DNA of 32,000 bases from Aliivibrio fischeri ES114 (lineage in GTDB: Bacteria > Pseudomonadota > Gammaproteobacteria > Enterobacterales > Vibrionaceae). Positions 17,863 through 27,544 of the stretch are shown in pieces. The stretch is from assembly GCF_000011805.1 (NCBI RefSeq), contig NC_006840.2; one strand, given 5' to 3'. The position numbers and the translations under genes are program-made. The notes beneath the pieces were generated by a model. The model was not told where the DNA came from, made no database searches, and saw only the letters and a program-made list of their open reading frames with translations. How positions within the stretch are numbered: position 1 is the first letter of the stretch; every line of letters starts with the position of its first letter.

Positions 17863-19545
17863 TTATGCTAGGAGTATCATAATGGTGCCGGCAACGGTCA
17901 TTAAGATATTGGCAATCGCATACGTACCTGCGTAACCCAGTGCAGGGATGGTGCTGCGTGCGTGTTCGTTAACCACGTCCATTGCTGGGCCACAAGTACG
18001 AGCACCGATAATTGCACCAATCAATAAAGCACGGTTCATATTAAGAATATAGGCACCAACAAGGTAGGCTAAAATTACTGGGATCACGCTGACAATAAAT
18101 GCAGCAGCAAGTACTTTTAAACCATCTTCAGAGAAGTATTCATTAATATTGCCACCAGCACTTAATCCAATCCCCACCATGAACACTAATAAACCAAGGT
18201 TTTTGGTCATGTTTAGAGCCCCTTGTGGTACATAACCAAAAGTAGGGTGGTTTGCTCTTAAGAAACCTAATGTGATACCTGAAATCAATAGACCAACGGC
18301 ATTACCTAAACCAAATGTCACTTGGCCAAAGCTCATGGTGATCATCCCGAACATGATGCCAAGGATAAAGAAGCTACAGAAAGCTAATAAATCAGATACT
18401 TGGCTATGAATAGAGATAAATCCAATCTTGTCAGCTAGGTAGTGAACTTTGCTTTTTTCACCACTCACTTGAAGAATGTCACCTTTCGCTAATACGATAT
18501 CGTGTTCAATTGGCATTTCAATTTGTGCACGAACCACACGGTTAAGGAAACAGCCGTATTCAGAAAGGTTTAATTCTGACAGGCGTTTACCAGCGATATT
18601 ATCGCTTTTAACTACGATCTCTTCTTCTGCAATGCGTAAATCTAATAAGTTACGGTCAAATACTTCTTTCCCGTTTCTAAAGCTTGAATCGAGACGAGCA
18701 TGGCTATCTGGATAACCTACAAGTGCAATTTCATCACCTTGTTGCAAAATGTAGTCACCATCGGGGTTTGCTAAAATACCGTTACGACGGATACGTTCAA
18801 TGTGACAGCCTGTTTGGCGGTGAATACCTAGCTCACGTAAGTTTTTACCATCAGTCCAATCGATTAGCTCTTGGCCAACACGATAAGCTCGAATGATTGG
18901 TAGGTATACTTTTCTCTGGCCAGCACTTCCTATTCCACGTTCTTGAGCAATTTGCATTGCACTGTCTTGTAGATTCTGTTTTTGCAATTTCGGAAGTAAA
19001 CGAGCCAAAAGGATAAGGCTTGTTAAACCGATTAAATATGAGAAAGCATAACCGACACTTAAATTGTCAATTACCTTACTAAAGTCGACACCTTCAGGCA
19101 GGGCTGCTAAACCAGAATTTAATGCATCTTTTGCACCTACTAATACAGGCGTTGCTGTTAATGCACCTGCCATCATACCTGTAGATAAACCGTAGTCTAA
19201 ACCGAAGTAGTGGCCTGTTAAAAAACTGAGTGAAACAGCTGAGACTAATACAACAAGTACAAGTAAAAGGTAGTGTTTGCCATCTCGTAGGAAGATACCA
19301 AAGAAGTTTGGTCCAGCCTCGATACCAACACAAAAGATAAATAGCATAAAGCCAATATTGAGAGAGTCAGCGGTAAAAGTATAACCAAGACTTCCCATAA
19401 AGAGGGCGGTGATAAGAACACCAATAGAACTGCCTAGTTGAAAACTACCAATCCTAAGTTTAGCTATGAATAAGCCAAGAGCGAGAACAACGAATAAAAG
19501 TAAGATATCGTTTTGCGATAACAATGTCGCAACATCAATGTTCAC
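17863..19545 (-). CDS. ybjL: YbjL/AspT-family putative transporter with TrkA-C domains
   Basis: 560 aa; close to the remembered E. coli YbjL sequence (VYLPVIRAYRVG.[39 protein letters not shown], [15 protein letters not shown]); next to grxA as in E. coli. Confidence 0.93.
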   Translation of the reverse strand: MNIDVATLLSQNDILLLFVVLALGLFIAKLRIGSFQLGSSIGVLITALFMGSLGYTFTADSLNIGFMLFIFCVGIEAGPNFFGIFLRDGKHYLLLVLVVLVSAVSLSFLTGHYFGLDYGLSTGMMAGALTATPVLVGAKDALNSGLAALPEGVDFSKVIDNLSVGYAFSYLIGLTSLILLARLLPKLQKQNLQDSAMQIAQERGIGSAGQRKVYLPIIRAYRVGQELIDWTDGKNLRELGIHRQTGCHIERIRRNGILANPDGDYILQQGDEIALVGYPDSHARLDSSFRNGKEVFDRNLLDLRIAEEEIVVKSDNIAGKRLSELNLSEYGCFLNRVVRAQIEMPIEHDIVLAKGDILQVSGEKSKVHYLADKIGFISIHSQVSDLLAFCSFFILGIMFGMITMSFGQVTFGLGNAVGLLISGITLGFLRANHPTFGYVPQGALNMTKNLGLLVFMVGIGLSAGGNINEYFSEDGLKVLAAAFIVSVIPVILAYLVGAYILNMNRALLIGAIIGARTCGPAMDVVNEHARSTIPALGYAGTYAIANILMTVAGTIMILLA

Positions 19546-19632
19546 TGTATTTTGCCTGAAATATGGAGTAAGAAAGTGTGACGTAAGTCTAACTTAAAAA
19601 TGGCGAATGTATAACCATATTTAGAAATAAAA

Positions 19633-19666
19633 TCAAAAAAAAATCACCGTTTGGGAGCGGTGATTT
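19633..19666 (-). terminator. Rho-independent terminator of grxA
   Basis: Minus strand AAATCACCG-CTCCCAAA-CGGTGATTTTTTTTT. Confidence 0.8.
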
Positions 19667-19691
19667 AATTTTATAAATTAGCTATTTGAAA

Positions 19692-19967
19692 TTAATCAAA
19701 AAGACCTAAATTTTCTTTTGCGTACGCTTCAAATTCAGTACAGCCGCCAATATGTTTTTCATCGATAAAGATTTGAGGAACCGTTTCAACTGGTTTACCT
19801 ACTGTCTTTTCTAAGTCTGCTTTTGAGATACCTTCAGCGTGAATATCAACGTAGCGGAATTTAAAATCATCACGTTTTTCAGTTAGCGTTTCAGCGTGCT
19901 CTTTAGCTCGAACACAGAATGGACAACCAGGACGACCAAAAATAACAACAAACATAGCTTTCTCCAA
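19692..19967 (-). CDS. grxA: GrxA-type glutaredoxin
   Basis: VVIFGRPGCPFCVRAKEHAE; TVPQIFIDEKHIGGCTEF. Confidence 0.96.
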   Translation of the reverse strand: MEKAMFVVIFGRPGCPFCVRAKEHAETLTEKRDDFKFRYVDIHAEGISKADLEKTVGKPVETVPQIFIDEKHIGGCTEFEAYAKENLGLFD

Positions 19968-20066
19968 AAATTATTAGCGGATATGGTTCGCAATCAATAG
20001 GTTAACTATGCCTATCAATATGAATTAAGTAAAGATGATTATACCTTTTAGATTGATAGGTAAAAC

Positions 20067-20924
20067 CTATTGGTAACGTTCATCTTTTCCGTAGCGAGAA
20101 TCTTTAAGTGCTTCTTTAACTCGCTTCAGATTATCTCTAAAACCAACACCACGGCGTAATGTGAAGCCAGTTGCTAGAACATCAATAACGGTCATTTGAA
20201 CAACACGACTTGCCATTGGCATATATACGTCAGTATCTTCCGGCACATCTAAACAAATAGCTAAAGATGCCATTTTTTCAAGAGGTGAATCCTTTGCAGT
20301 AATCGCAATAACCGTTGCGCCGTTTGATTTAGCAAGCTCTGCGATTTCAACCAAGCTTTTAGTTCGACCTGTGTGTGAAATTAACACTACTACATCATTT
20401 TCTGTGCTATTGATGCAGCTCATGCGTTGCATCACGATGTCGTCAAAACAAGCGATAGGGATGTTAAATCGGAAAAATTTGTTCATGGCATCGTGCGCTA
20501 CAGAAGCTGATGCACCTAGACCAAAGAAAGAGATTTTTTTCGCTTGTGTTAGAAGGTCAACTGCACGGTTTACCTGCATTGGATCTAAGCTATTTTTAGC
20601 TACATCAAGACACGCCATTGTTGATTCGAAGATTTTATGTGTGTATGCATCTGGACCATCGTTTTCTTCAACATTACGGTTTACATAAGGAGTACCATTG
20701 GCAAGGCTTTGTGCAAGATGAAGTTTAAAGTCTGGGAAGCCTTTTGTATCTAGTCGACGGCAAAAACGGTTTACCGTTGGCTCACTAACGTCAGCCATTT
20801 TAGCTAAAGTGGCAATACTTGAATGAATTGCTGTTTGAGGTGAGGCCATAATTACTTCAGCTACTTTGCGCTCTGATTTGCTGAAGTTATCTAAATTATT
20901 TTGTATTTTCTCAATGGTATTCAT
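20067..20924 (-). CDS. hexR: RpiR-family transcriptional regulator HexR
   Basis: MNTIEKIQNNLDNFSKSERKVAEVIMASP...ADVSEPTVNRFCRRLDTKGFPDFKLHLAQSLANGTPYVNRNVEEND plus SIS domain. Confidence 0.95.
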   Translation of the reverse strand: MNTIEKIQNNLDNFSKSERKVAEVIMASPQTAIHSSIATLAKMADVSEPTVNRFCRRLDTKGFPDFKLHLAQSLANGTPYVNRNVEENDGPDAYTHKIFESTMACLDVAKNSLDPMQVNRAVDLLTQAKKISFFGLGASASVAHDAMNKFFRFNIPIACFDDIVMQRMSCINSTENDVVVLISHTGRTKSLVEIAELAKSNGATVIAITAKDSPLEKMASLAICLDVPEDTDVYMPMASRVVQMTVIDVLATGFTLRRGVGFRDNLKRVKEALKDSRYGKDERYQ

Positions 20925-21089
20925 ATGCGCTCTTCTACATTTTTAATTTGATATAACCTTAACCAGAGTGATTTGAAAAGACACTTTGGTTAAGATTATC
21001 TATTTGAATAAGTATATACGTTTGTTTACTTAGCCTCTAACAATTGGCTTCGTTGATTGTATTTTAATAACAATAATATGACAGATCTC

Positions 21090-21122
21090 TAAAAACACTT
21101 TCAATTTAGAAAGTGATTTTTC
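21090..21122 (-). terminator. Probable terminator downstream of the panP-like gene
   Basis: Minus strand GAAAAATCACTTTC-TAAATT-GAAAGTGTTTTTA. Confidence 0.6.
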
Positions 21123-21245
21123 GGTGTAAATACGACAAAACTAAAATTTTATCGATAATTTCGTGATTAAGTTTCAGTTAGAAAGGAAATGAATTACAAA
21201 AAAGATAGGTTGTTTTACATTCATAAAACAACCTATATGAGGGGA

Positions 21246-22889
21246 TTAGTGAAGAATGTTGCCTACAATTTGGTTTAAAAGAGGTAAAGATATTTCACTG
21301 CTGCTCGCAATTTCTCTTTGCTCAATTAAGACATTTTGCAGTATTTCTTTTGTTGTTAATGGGTTTGCCAATACGACTCTGAAAACGATGGTTGGTTGAT
21401 GCTGATAAGCTTCAGGTGTTAATCGAGTTCGAGAAACAAAAGATTTCCCAGTTTCACGTTGCGTTTTTTGAATGTACTTGGTGAGATTATCCAAGTGTTC
21501 ATAAATCTCAATCTTTTGCTCGTCAGTCGCAATGGCCAGTGCCGCTTTTACATTACTTGGAACATAACGATAAGTCAGCAAACACAGCTCAGGCTCTGTT
21601 ATCAGTTCAAAGTCATCTTGCTGTTGAATTAAATCAGCAAAGTAGTGTGCTTTTTCAATACTTTGGTTGATTAATAATTCATAACCAGGGCGACTGATCA
21701 CGTTGAAACAAGAATAAAGCAACATCGCCATACCACTTCGAGAACCTTCAAGTGTGTGACGACCTAAATCTTTAGACCCTTTACGAAGAATGTATTCAGC
21801 ATGATGCTGGATAGAAGACATTAACTCAGGATCTTTAAAAATAACCATACCTGCCCCCATTGGCACGTATAGTTGCTTGTGTGCATCAATCGTTACGGAA
21901 TCGGCTAAATCAATACCATCTAAAAGGTGTCGGTACGTATTCGACATTAATGTTGCACCGCCCCAAGCGGCATCCACATGGAAATGACATCCTTCACGTT
22001 GAGCAACATTTGCTAACTCACGAAGTGGGTCAATTGAACCTGTTTCTGTGGTTCCTGCAACCCCAACAATAGCCAATGGCTTAATGTTTTTCGCTTTTGC
22101 TTGGGCAATTTTAAGCTCTAAATCATCAAGGCAAACACGGTTGTTGTTGTCAGTTTTTACGGCAATAACACCATCTTGACCAATCCCTAATACATCGGCT
22201 GCTTTTTTGAGTGAGTAGTGACCACGTTCTGAAACGAAAATAGCTAACCCATTGCACTTATAATGCATAAGAGCGGCAAAAAGTCCTTGTTTGGCAATAC
22301 CTTCAAAATCACCTTCTGGTTTTAATAGGCGATTTCTTGCAACCCATAACGCTGTAATATTGGCAATGGTGCCGCCTGAACAAAAAGCACCCAGAGAATG
22401 ATCAGCGCTGTGCATCCAGTGTTGATAGAAACTGTCTTTTTGACCAAAAATTAGACGGTGCAACATACCAAGCACTTGACGCTCTAATGGGGTAAATGCT
22501 TTTGATGTTTCAATTTTTACCAAGTTTTGGTTTAGGGCAATCATGATTTTTGAAAGTGGCATTAAAAAGTAAGGCAATGCCGATGTCATGTGGCCAATAA
22601 AGCTTGGTGCAGAGGTATGAACGGATTGAGATACAAGGGTATCTAACAGGTGCTCAGTATGTTCGGATACATAGGTTGGCGATTCAGGCATTGATGAATC
22701 GGTAAAATCTTTTTCGATTTCCGTCAATGGCTTTTCTTCGGCAACAATATGCTCTCTCAAAAATTGATTTAAGTTCTGTGAAAGTTCTTTTTCAATTATT
22801 CCAAGAGTCGAATCGGGAGCTTCCGGAACAGTAAAAATTCGCAGCAGGCTTTCAAAGCTCGCATCTGCTGTTTTGTTGTCTGTTACCAT
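21246..22889 (-). CDS. panP: Pyridoxal-dependent (putative aspartate 1-)decarboxylase, PanP-like
   Basis: 547 aa group II PLP decarboxylase; DAAWGGATLMSNTYRHLLDGIDLADSVTIDAHKQLYVPMGAG contains the PLP-lysine (HK) region. Assigned to the PanP branch from memory of the vibrio family. Confidence 0.8.
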   Translation of the reverse strand: MVTDNKTADASFESLLRIFTVPEAPDSTLGIIEKELSQNLNQFLREHIVAEEKPLTEIEKDFTDSSMPESPTYVSEHTEHLLDTLVSQSVHTSAPSFIGHMTSALPYFLMPLSKIMIALNQNLVKIETSKAFTPLERQVLGMLHRLIFGQKDSFYQHWMHSADHSLGAFCSGGTIANITALWVARNRLLKPEGDFEGIAKQGLFAALMHYKCNGLAIFVSERGHYSLKKAADVLGIGQDGVIAVKTDNNNRVCLDDLELKIAQAKAKNIKPLAIVGVAGTTETGSIDPLRELANVAQREGCHFHVDAAWGGATLMSNTYRHLLDGIDLADSVTIDAHKQLYVPMGAGMVIFKDPELMSSIQHHAEYILRKGSKDLGRHTLEGSRSGMAMLLYSCFNVISRPGYELLINQSIEKAHYFADLIQQQDDFELITEPELCLLTYRYVPSNVKAALAIATDEQKIEIYEHLDNLTKYIQKTQRETGKSFVSRTRLTPEAYQHQPTIVFRVVLANPLTTKEILQNVLIEQREIASSSEISLPLLNQIVGNILH

Positions 22890-23063
22890 GGTATCTGTTC
22901 TATTTGTTGATGATTGAAAAGTAAAGAGAATGATTCTTTACAGGCTCTGAGGGCACAATTTAGAACAAAATGACGAAAATGTCTTGTGTAAAATGTGCCT
23001 CATTGAGTCTTGAAGGGGGGATTTACCACCAAAAATGAATGAATGGTGATAAATTAATCAATA

Positions 23064-23576
23064 TTATTGGCATTTAATAATACTGATCTCGCTCATTTTT
23101 TGATTGTAGGCTTTCAGTGGAACGTCAATTGTTTTTGGATGACTTAAGATGTCTGCAAACGCAGAACGCAATTCATAATTTTGTTTATGAGGTTGAGATT
23201 GACGGTCATCAAACGTTGCTTTGGCGATTTTACCTAGCTCGTCATCATGGCTTGCTAATTCTTTCACTTCTTTTTGAGAAAGTTGTAACCACGATTCTAT
23301 TGATTGATTTGTTTTAACCTTTTCAGGTGCATTTTCAAGATAGTAATTCACTGCAGCACGGTTCAGTTCAAAGTGATGTTTGCGTCCTTCAAGGAACCAG
23401 TCACCAACACTTTGTAGGTTTGGATCTTTTTTCACGGTAATGGCAATGAGCTCTTGATACCAAGTTAAAGATGCATCTACATATTGACTGTATTTGTCGC
23501 TTAAACATTGAGTATCTGCAGCTTGAGCTGAGGTCGTAAGCAATGCAAAAGGTAAGATTAGAGCGGCAAGTTTCAT
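23064..23576 (-). CDS. Small exported hypothetical protein
   Basis: 170 aa with signal peptide MKLAALILPFALLTTSAQA-ADTQ; downstream hairpin TTTACCACC...GGTGATAAA. Confidence 0.85.
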   Translation of the reverse strand: MKLAALILPFALLTTSAQAADTQCLSDKYSQYVDASLTWYQELIAITVKKDPNLQSVGDWFLEGRKHHFELNRAAVNYYLENAPEKVKTNQSIESWLQLSQKEVKELASHDDELGKIAKATFDDRQSQPHKQNYELRSAFADILSHPKTIDVPLKAYNQKMSEISIIKCQ

Positions 23577-23712
23577 TTTAAATCCTTATAAATGAATCGT
23601 AATTATCAATTTGTGATTGTAAATAGAGTGTAACTAAATGCAATTGAAACGATTCACAGTGTGATGTTTCCCACTTAATCTAATACGAATAACTTTTTTC
23701 TGCTGCGATTAC

Positions 23713-24687
23713 CTAAAGAGAAACGAAGAACAGCATCAAAAAAGGAACTGAGAGACTCAGTATAAAACCACTGACAATAGCAATAGGAACACAGCGAATC
23801 CCGCCACAATTTTGAATAACAGGAAGTGTGAAATCCATTGCTGTTGCTCCAGCGTAACCAATAGAGGTGACTGGATAGCGATGAATTAAGGTTGGGATTA
23901 GTAGTAGAGCGACCAACTCACGGAAAAGTTCATTTAAGAAAGCGGCGCCACCATATACTGGACCTAAAGCATCACCCATTAAGATGCCAGCAAGTGAATA
24001 CCATCCAAAACCAGAGGCCATTGCTAAGCCGTGTGGTAATGGGATATCAAGAATAAGAGCACCAATGATGCCACCAACAAAAGAGGTAGACATAATAACT
24101 GCGGCAATAATAATACCGTGTTTATTTAATAGGATCTGGCGAAGTGTAAGGCCACTGTTACGTAATTGAATACCAATTAAGAATAATAGAAGTAATAGGA
24201 TTATCTCACTGGCTTGCTCAACCCAACTTAAATCGATACCAGAAAGTAAGCCAAATACTAGACCTCCCGCAACCGCTAAGAGCAGCTTTGCCGATTCTAG
24301 GATCATTTTAAATAGTGGAAGCGAGTTTTTATTCCCTTCCGAATTTAGCGGAAAGAGCTTATCCATAATAGGAAGAATAGCTAAGTTACATACGCTAATT
24401 GCGAGAAAGAAAGTAACCGTAATCGTTAAGATTTGATTGAGGTTTTGAGCAAGATTATCCAGAGCGGCAAGACTTAAGCCCATAAGTGCTAGGATAACGG
24501 TAACTAGGTGACTTGTTGCGGCATTAATATGTTGAAGCGGCTTCTTCGTATGAAGAGGGATTAAATAGCCTAAAAGCAGTGGTAAAAAAACGAATAACAT
24601 TCCCGAAAACATAATAATAAGCCCAACTTTTGAAGAAGCCCCGAGAATATCAAGGCTTTTCAAATTCGGCAATATAATGTTAATCAA
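23713..24687 (-). CDS. lysO: LysO/YbjE-family (DUF340) lysine exporter homologue
   Basis: Polytopic; ASGFGWYSLAGILMGDALGPVYGGAAFLNELFRE and GYAGATAMDFTLPVIQNCGG typical of LysO. Confidence 0.88.
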   Translation of the reverse strand: MINIILPNLKSLDILGASSKVGLIIMFSGMLFVFLPLLLGYLIPLHTKKPLQHINAATSHLVTVILALMGLSLAALDNLAQNLNQILTITVTFFLAISVCNLAILPIMDKLFPLNSEGNKNSLPLFKMILESAKLLLAVAGGLVFGLLSGIDLSWVEQASEIILLLLLFLIGIQLRNSGLTLRQILLNKHGIIIAAVIMSTSFVGGIIGALILDIPLPHGLAMASGFGWYSLAGILMGDALGPVYGGAAFLNELFRELVALLLIPTLIHRYPVTSIGYAGATAMDFTLPVIQNCGGIRCVPIAIVSGFILSLSVPFLMLFFVSL

Positions 24688-24702
24688 TTTGTTGTAATTT
24701 AA

Positions 24703-25626
24703 TTACAAACCACTGCTTCTTAGTGTTTCTCTAATTCGGTCGTTGAATTGAGTATTGGTAAGGTTACTTAGTGTATAAAGGGCTTCAGCACCTTCTAGTG
24801 TGATTTCTACTTCATGGTCATCAATATCGTCATCGTTATTTCTGAACATTAACAAATGATTAGCAATACGTGCGATGTTTAAATAACTTATTGGGTAGCT
24901 ATTTTCTGAAATTTGTTTATTTGTGGCAATTGAAAGGAAATCTTCATCAAACTGCCAATGATTCAATACATGGTAGCTAATTGGATTACACTCTTTTTCA
25001 AAAATATGGAGTGCAACATCGAGATCGAGGTAATTTCCTTCTTCAAGGTAGTTGTAGTATTTATTGACTAAGCAAAATAAACCGATGTCTGCCAAAAGAC
25101 CACTTAATAGCGCCTTTTCTGGTTCAAGGTAATCGTGTGAGCTATCAGTACTTTCTTTTAGTATCTCTTCGCATACCATTGTCATAACGGCGGCAAATTC
25201 GCGCGACTTAGCCGCACTCTTACGAAGTAACGCGTTACACTCGCTATTTAAGTCACTTGAATATTTTAATTGTTCGATAGCTTGTGCGGTAACAATATCA
25301 CGCACACGGAAGATACCTAGACGAGATACAGCAGTAAGAACATCTGTACAGGTAATATTACGGTGGTTAAATACGACAGAATTAGCCATTCGAATCACAA
25401 TAGCGGTAAGGCTCGGGTCTTCTAAAAGCGTATCGGACACATCTTTTATCATTGTACCTTCAAGGGTACACAATTTCTGAATTTTAAGAACGACATCAGG
25501 GATCGGTGGAAGCTGAATTTTCCCCGATGTGATGTTAGAGGTAACTTGTTGGCTAAACTCAGTCCTCAATGCATTCAGAGCTTTCTCTTTGTCATGAGTT
25601 AACCAAAAAAATGATAAATGATTCAT
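24703..25626 (-). CDS. HDOD-domain protein
   Basis: IQLPPIPDVVLKIQKLCTLEG...LLEDPSLTAIVIRMANSVVF..AVSRLGIFRVRDIV typical HDOD. Confidence 0.9.
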   Translation of the reverse strand: MNHLSFFWLTHDKEKALNALRTEFSQQVTSNITSGKIQLPPIPDVVLKIQKLCTLEGTMIKDVSDTLLEDPSLTAIVIRMANSVVFNHRNITCTDVLTAVSRLGIFRVRDIVTAQAIEQLKYSSDLNSECNALLRKSAAKSREFAAVMTMVCEEILKESTDSSHDYLEPEKALLSGLLADIGLFCLVNKYYNYLEEGNYLDLDVALHIFEKECNPISYHVLNHWQFDEDFLSIATNKQISENSYPISYLNIARIANHLLMFRNNDDDIDDHEVEITLEGAEALYTLSNLTNTQFNDRIRETLRSSGL

Positions 25627-25984
25627 TTTAATTCATGTATTTAAATAATGAGTAAATCATACATTATTTTTATACGTACGAAATAAAAACTTAAAGATTT
25701 GAGCACACACTCAAATTAAAAAAATATACAGAAATGTCAAAGTTAATACGGTGAATTAAATAAGTGATAAATTATTGACGTCATAAATGAATCTTGTGAG
25801 ATTCATCAATGTAATGAGGTGTGATGTTATGTCATTATAATGTGATACGAGCCTGAAGAATTACTTGTTTCGTTACATGAATTAATTAGTAATTATGTGA
25901 TCGAAATAAAGAAATATACTGTTATTTCAGGTATTAATATAAAAATAATAGAAACATATTCATTGTACGTTTATTATTCAATTG

Positions 25985-26035
25985 CTTGATGTCAATTTTA
26001 TGACAGGGACGGGGGATGTTAATTTAAAGATCAAG
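25985..26035 (+). promoter_or_regulatory. Structured 5' UTR of tfoX: CTTGAT...ATCAAG pairing that covers part of the SD, with a G-rich unpaired stretch
   Basis: CTTGAT 25985-25990 is perfectly complementary to ATCAAG 26030-26035, which overlaps the AAGGAG RBS; the loop contains CAGGGACGGGGGATG. Confidence 0.5.
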
Positions 26036-26044
26036 GAGATCGAG

Positions 26045-26629
26045 ATGAGTCATCTAGAAGAGCGCTTTTTTAACTTTGTAAAAAAACTGGGAAGATTTAA
26101 TAAACGTTCAATGTTTGGTGGTGTTGGATTGTTTAATGAAGATGCTATGTTCTCACTTGTTACTGACGGACGATTATATGTTCGTGGTGGTGGTGAAGTA
26201 GATGCTCGGTTTGAAGAGTTAGGTTGTGAGCGTTTCAAGCATGTTAAGAAGACGACAATTGCTACTGTAAATTATTTTGATGTTACTGAGTTATTTGAAA
26301 AGAAACCGGCTTCTCTTCTTTCTATTGTTCAAGAAGCTATGGAAAATTCTCGTTTAGAAAGAGAATTTAAAAAATCAAAAGAAAACCGCCGTTTACGTGA
26401 CTTACCAAATATGCAACTGACATTAGAAAGAATGGTCAAAAAAGCAGGAGTTCCTGATGTTGATTCATTTCTGGAAATTGGTGCTGTTGATGTATTTAAA
26501 AAAGTGAATCACACCTATGGTGGTGATGTGGATGTTAAGCTACTTTGGAAATTTGCTGGAGCGGAGTCAGGCGTTCATTGGACTTTATTACAAGAGCCTG
26601 CAAAGCAAGCATTATTGCAGCAAGTTTAA
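26045..26629 (+). CDS. tfoX: TfoX/Sxy-family competence regulator
   Basis: N-terminal KKLGRFNKRSMFGGVGLFNEDAMFSLVTDGRLYVRG domain plus C-terminal TfoX domain. ATG at 26045 has RBS AAGGAG; the track start at 25982 lies in the leader. Close to serC, which fits my recollection of V. cholerae tfoX-serC order. Confidence 0.88.
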   Translation: MSHLEERFFNFVKKLGRFNKRSMFGGVGLFNEDAMFSLVTDGRLYVRGGGEVDARFEELGCERFKHVKKTTIATVNYFDVTELFEKKPASLLSIVQEAMENSRLEREFKKSKENRRLRDLPNMQLTLERMVKKAGVPDVDSFLEIGAVDVFKKVNHTYGGDVDVKLLWKFAGAESGVHWTLLQEPAKQALLQQV

Positions 26630-26641
26630 ATTGTTTATTTC

Positions 26642-26702
26642 ATAAAAAAACCTCGTTATACCGAAACAAATAAAGTTAAGGGATAACGAGGTTTTTTTGT
26701 AT
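26642..26702. terminator. Bidirectional terminator between tfoX and the outer-membrane protein gene
   Basis: AAAAAAACCTCGTTAT ... ATAACGAGGTTTTTTT. Confidence 0.85.
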
Positions 26703-26720
26703 TTAAATATCTAATTTAAA

Positions 26721-27269
26721 TTAGTATTTAAAACGAGCTGTTAGCAGAAGCTGATCACCGTAGATACCATTGAAGCGACCTTCAGCACCAATAGAGAATA
26801 GCTCTGTTGAGTGGAAGCGACCGTATACTGAGAATAGAGTATCGTCGTTATCATCGATAGATAGGTAACCTACTTTACCACCAACTTCAAGTTGTGGACC
26901 TAACCATTGACGTACGCCAAGATTCAGTTCCATACCTGTGTCATTGTGGTATTTATGGTTGTCATCAACAACACGTAATAACATTTCACCTGTGATGTCA
27001 GCCCAGTTGTTTACTGGAGCGTGGAAACCAAGACCAGCAGCTAGGTCGTAATCGCCGTCTAGCTCTGAATCAATGCTTGCGATAGCGTGAGCATTTGGGT
27101 GAATTGATTTGCTGAAACCAGCACCGAATGTTGAAGGGCTAAAGCCAATGCGAGCTTCAACGTAATCGTAGCTGAAGTTGCTCATGATGGCATTGTTTGC
27201 GTCATCTGCAGCCATTGAAGTTGCAGAAATAAACATTAGGCTTGATGCTAAAAGTGTTTTACGGATCAT
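26721..27269 (-). CDS. Small outer-membrane beta-barrel protein
   Basis: 182 aa; signal peptide MIRKTLLASSLMFISATSMA; alternating beta-strand pattern, C-terminal LLLTARFKY. Confidence 0.85.
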   Translation of the reverse strand: MIRKTLLASSLMFISATSMAADDANNAIMSNFSYDYVEARIGFSPSTFGAGFSKSIHPNAHAIASIDSELDGDYDLAAGLGFHAPVNNWADITGEMLLRVVDDNHKYHNDTGMELNLGVRQWLGPQLEVGGKVGYLSIDDNDDTLFSVYGRFHSTELFSIGAEGRFNGIYGDQLLLTARFKY

Positions 27270-27544
27270 GATATTTGAAACCTATCAAATTGAGTGCTGT
27301 AAACAAAAAATATGGCCTAGATACTAACAGAAATCGGTATTTTTGCTAGAAAGCAATATATAAATTTGAAGTAACAACAAATCGTCAAAAAATGAACATG
27401 TATATATATTTAATAAAATAAAGCAAAAATTAAGCCAAGCATAGTAAGTTTTGTTATATATGACGCAGTTATTTACTAATTAGAGTTGTGTTGGGCTTAT
27501 TGTGTTAGGTAAACTGATCGAAATAGATAACGTTGGATAACAAT

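Noticed and set aside
18476-19333. ORFs antisense or out of frame within ybjL (18476-18715, 18684-18896, 19094-19333)
   Set aside because: The YbjL frame is strongly conserved; these are overlapping by-products.
20371-20688. 105-aa plus-strand ORF over hexR
   Set aside because: Antisense to the well-matched HexR frame with no independent support.
25800-26044. Possible GEMM-I cyclic-di-GMP riboswitch upstream of the TfoX-family gene (as for V. cholerae tfoY)
   Set aside because: No recognisable GEMM-I core sequence seen. The leader looks like a simple SD-sequestering hairpin, and the serC neighbourhood favours tfoX rather than tfoY.
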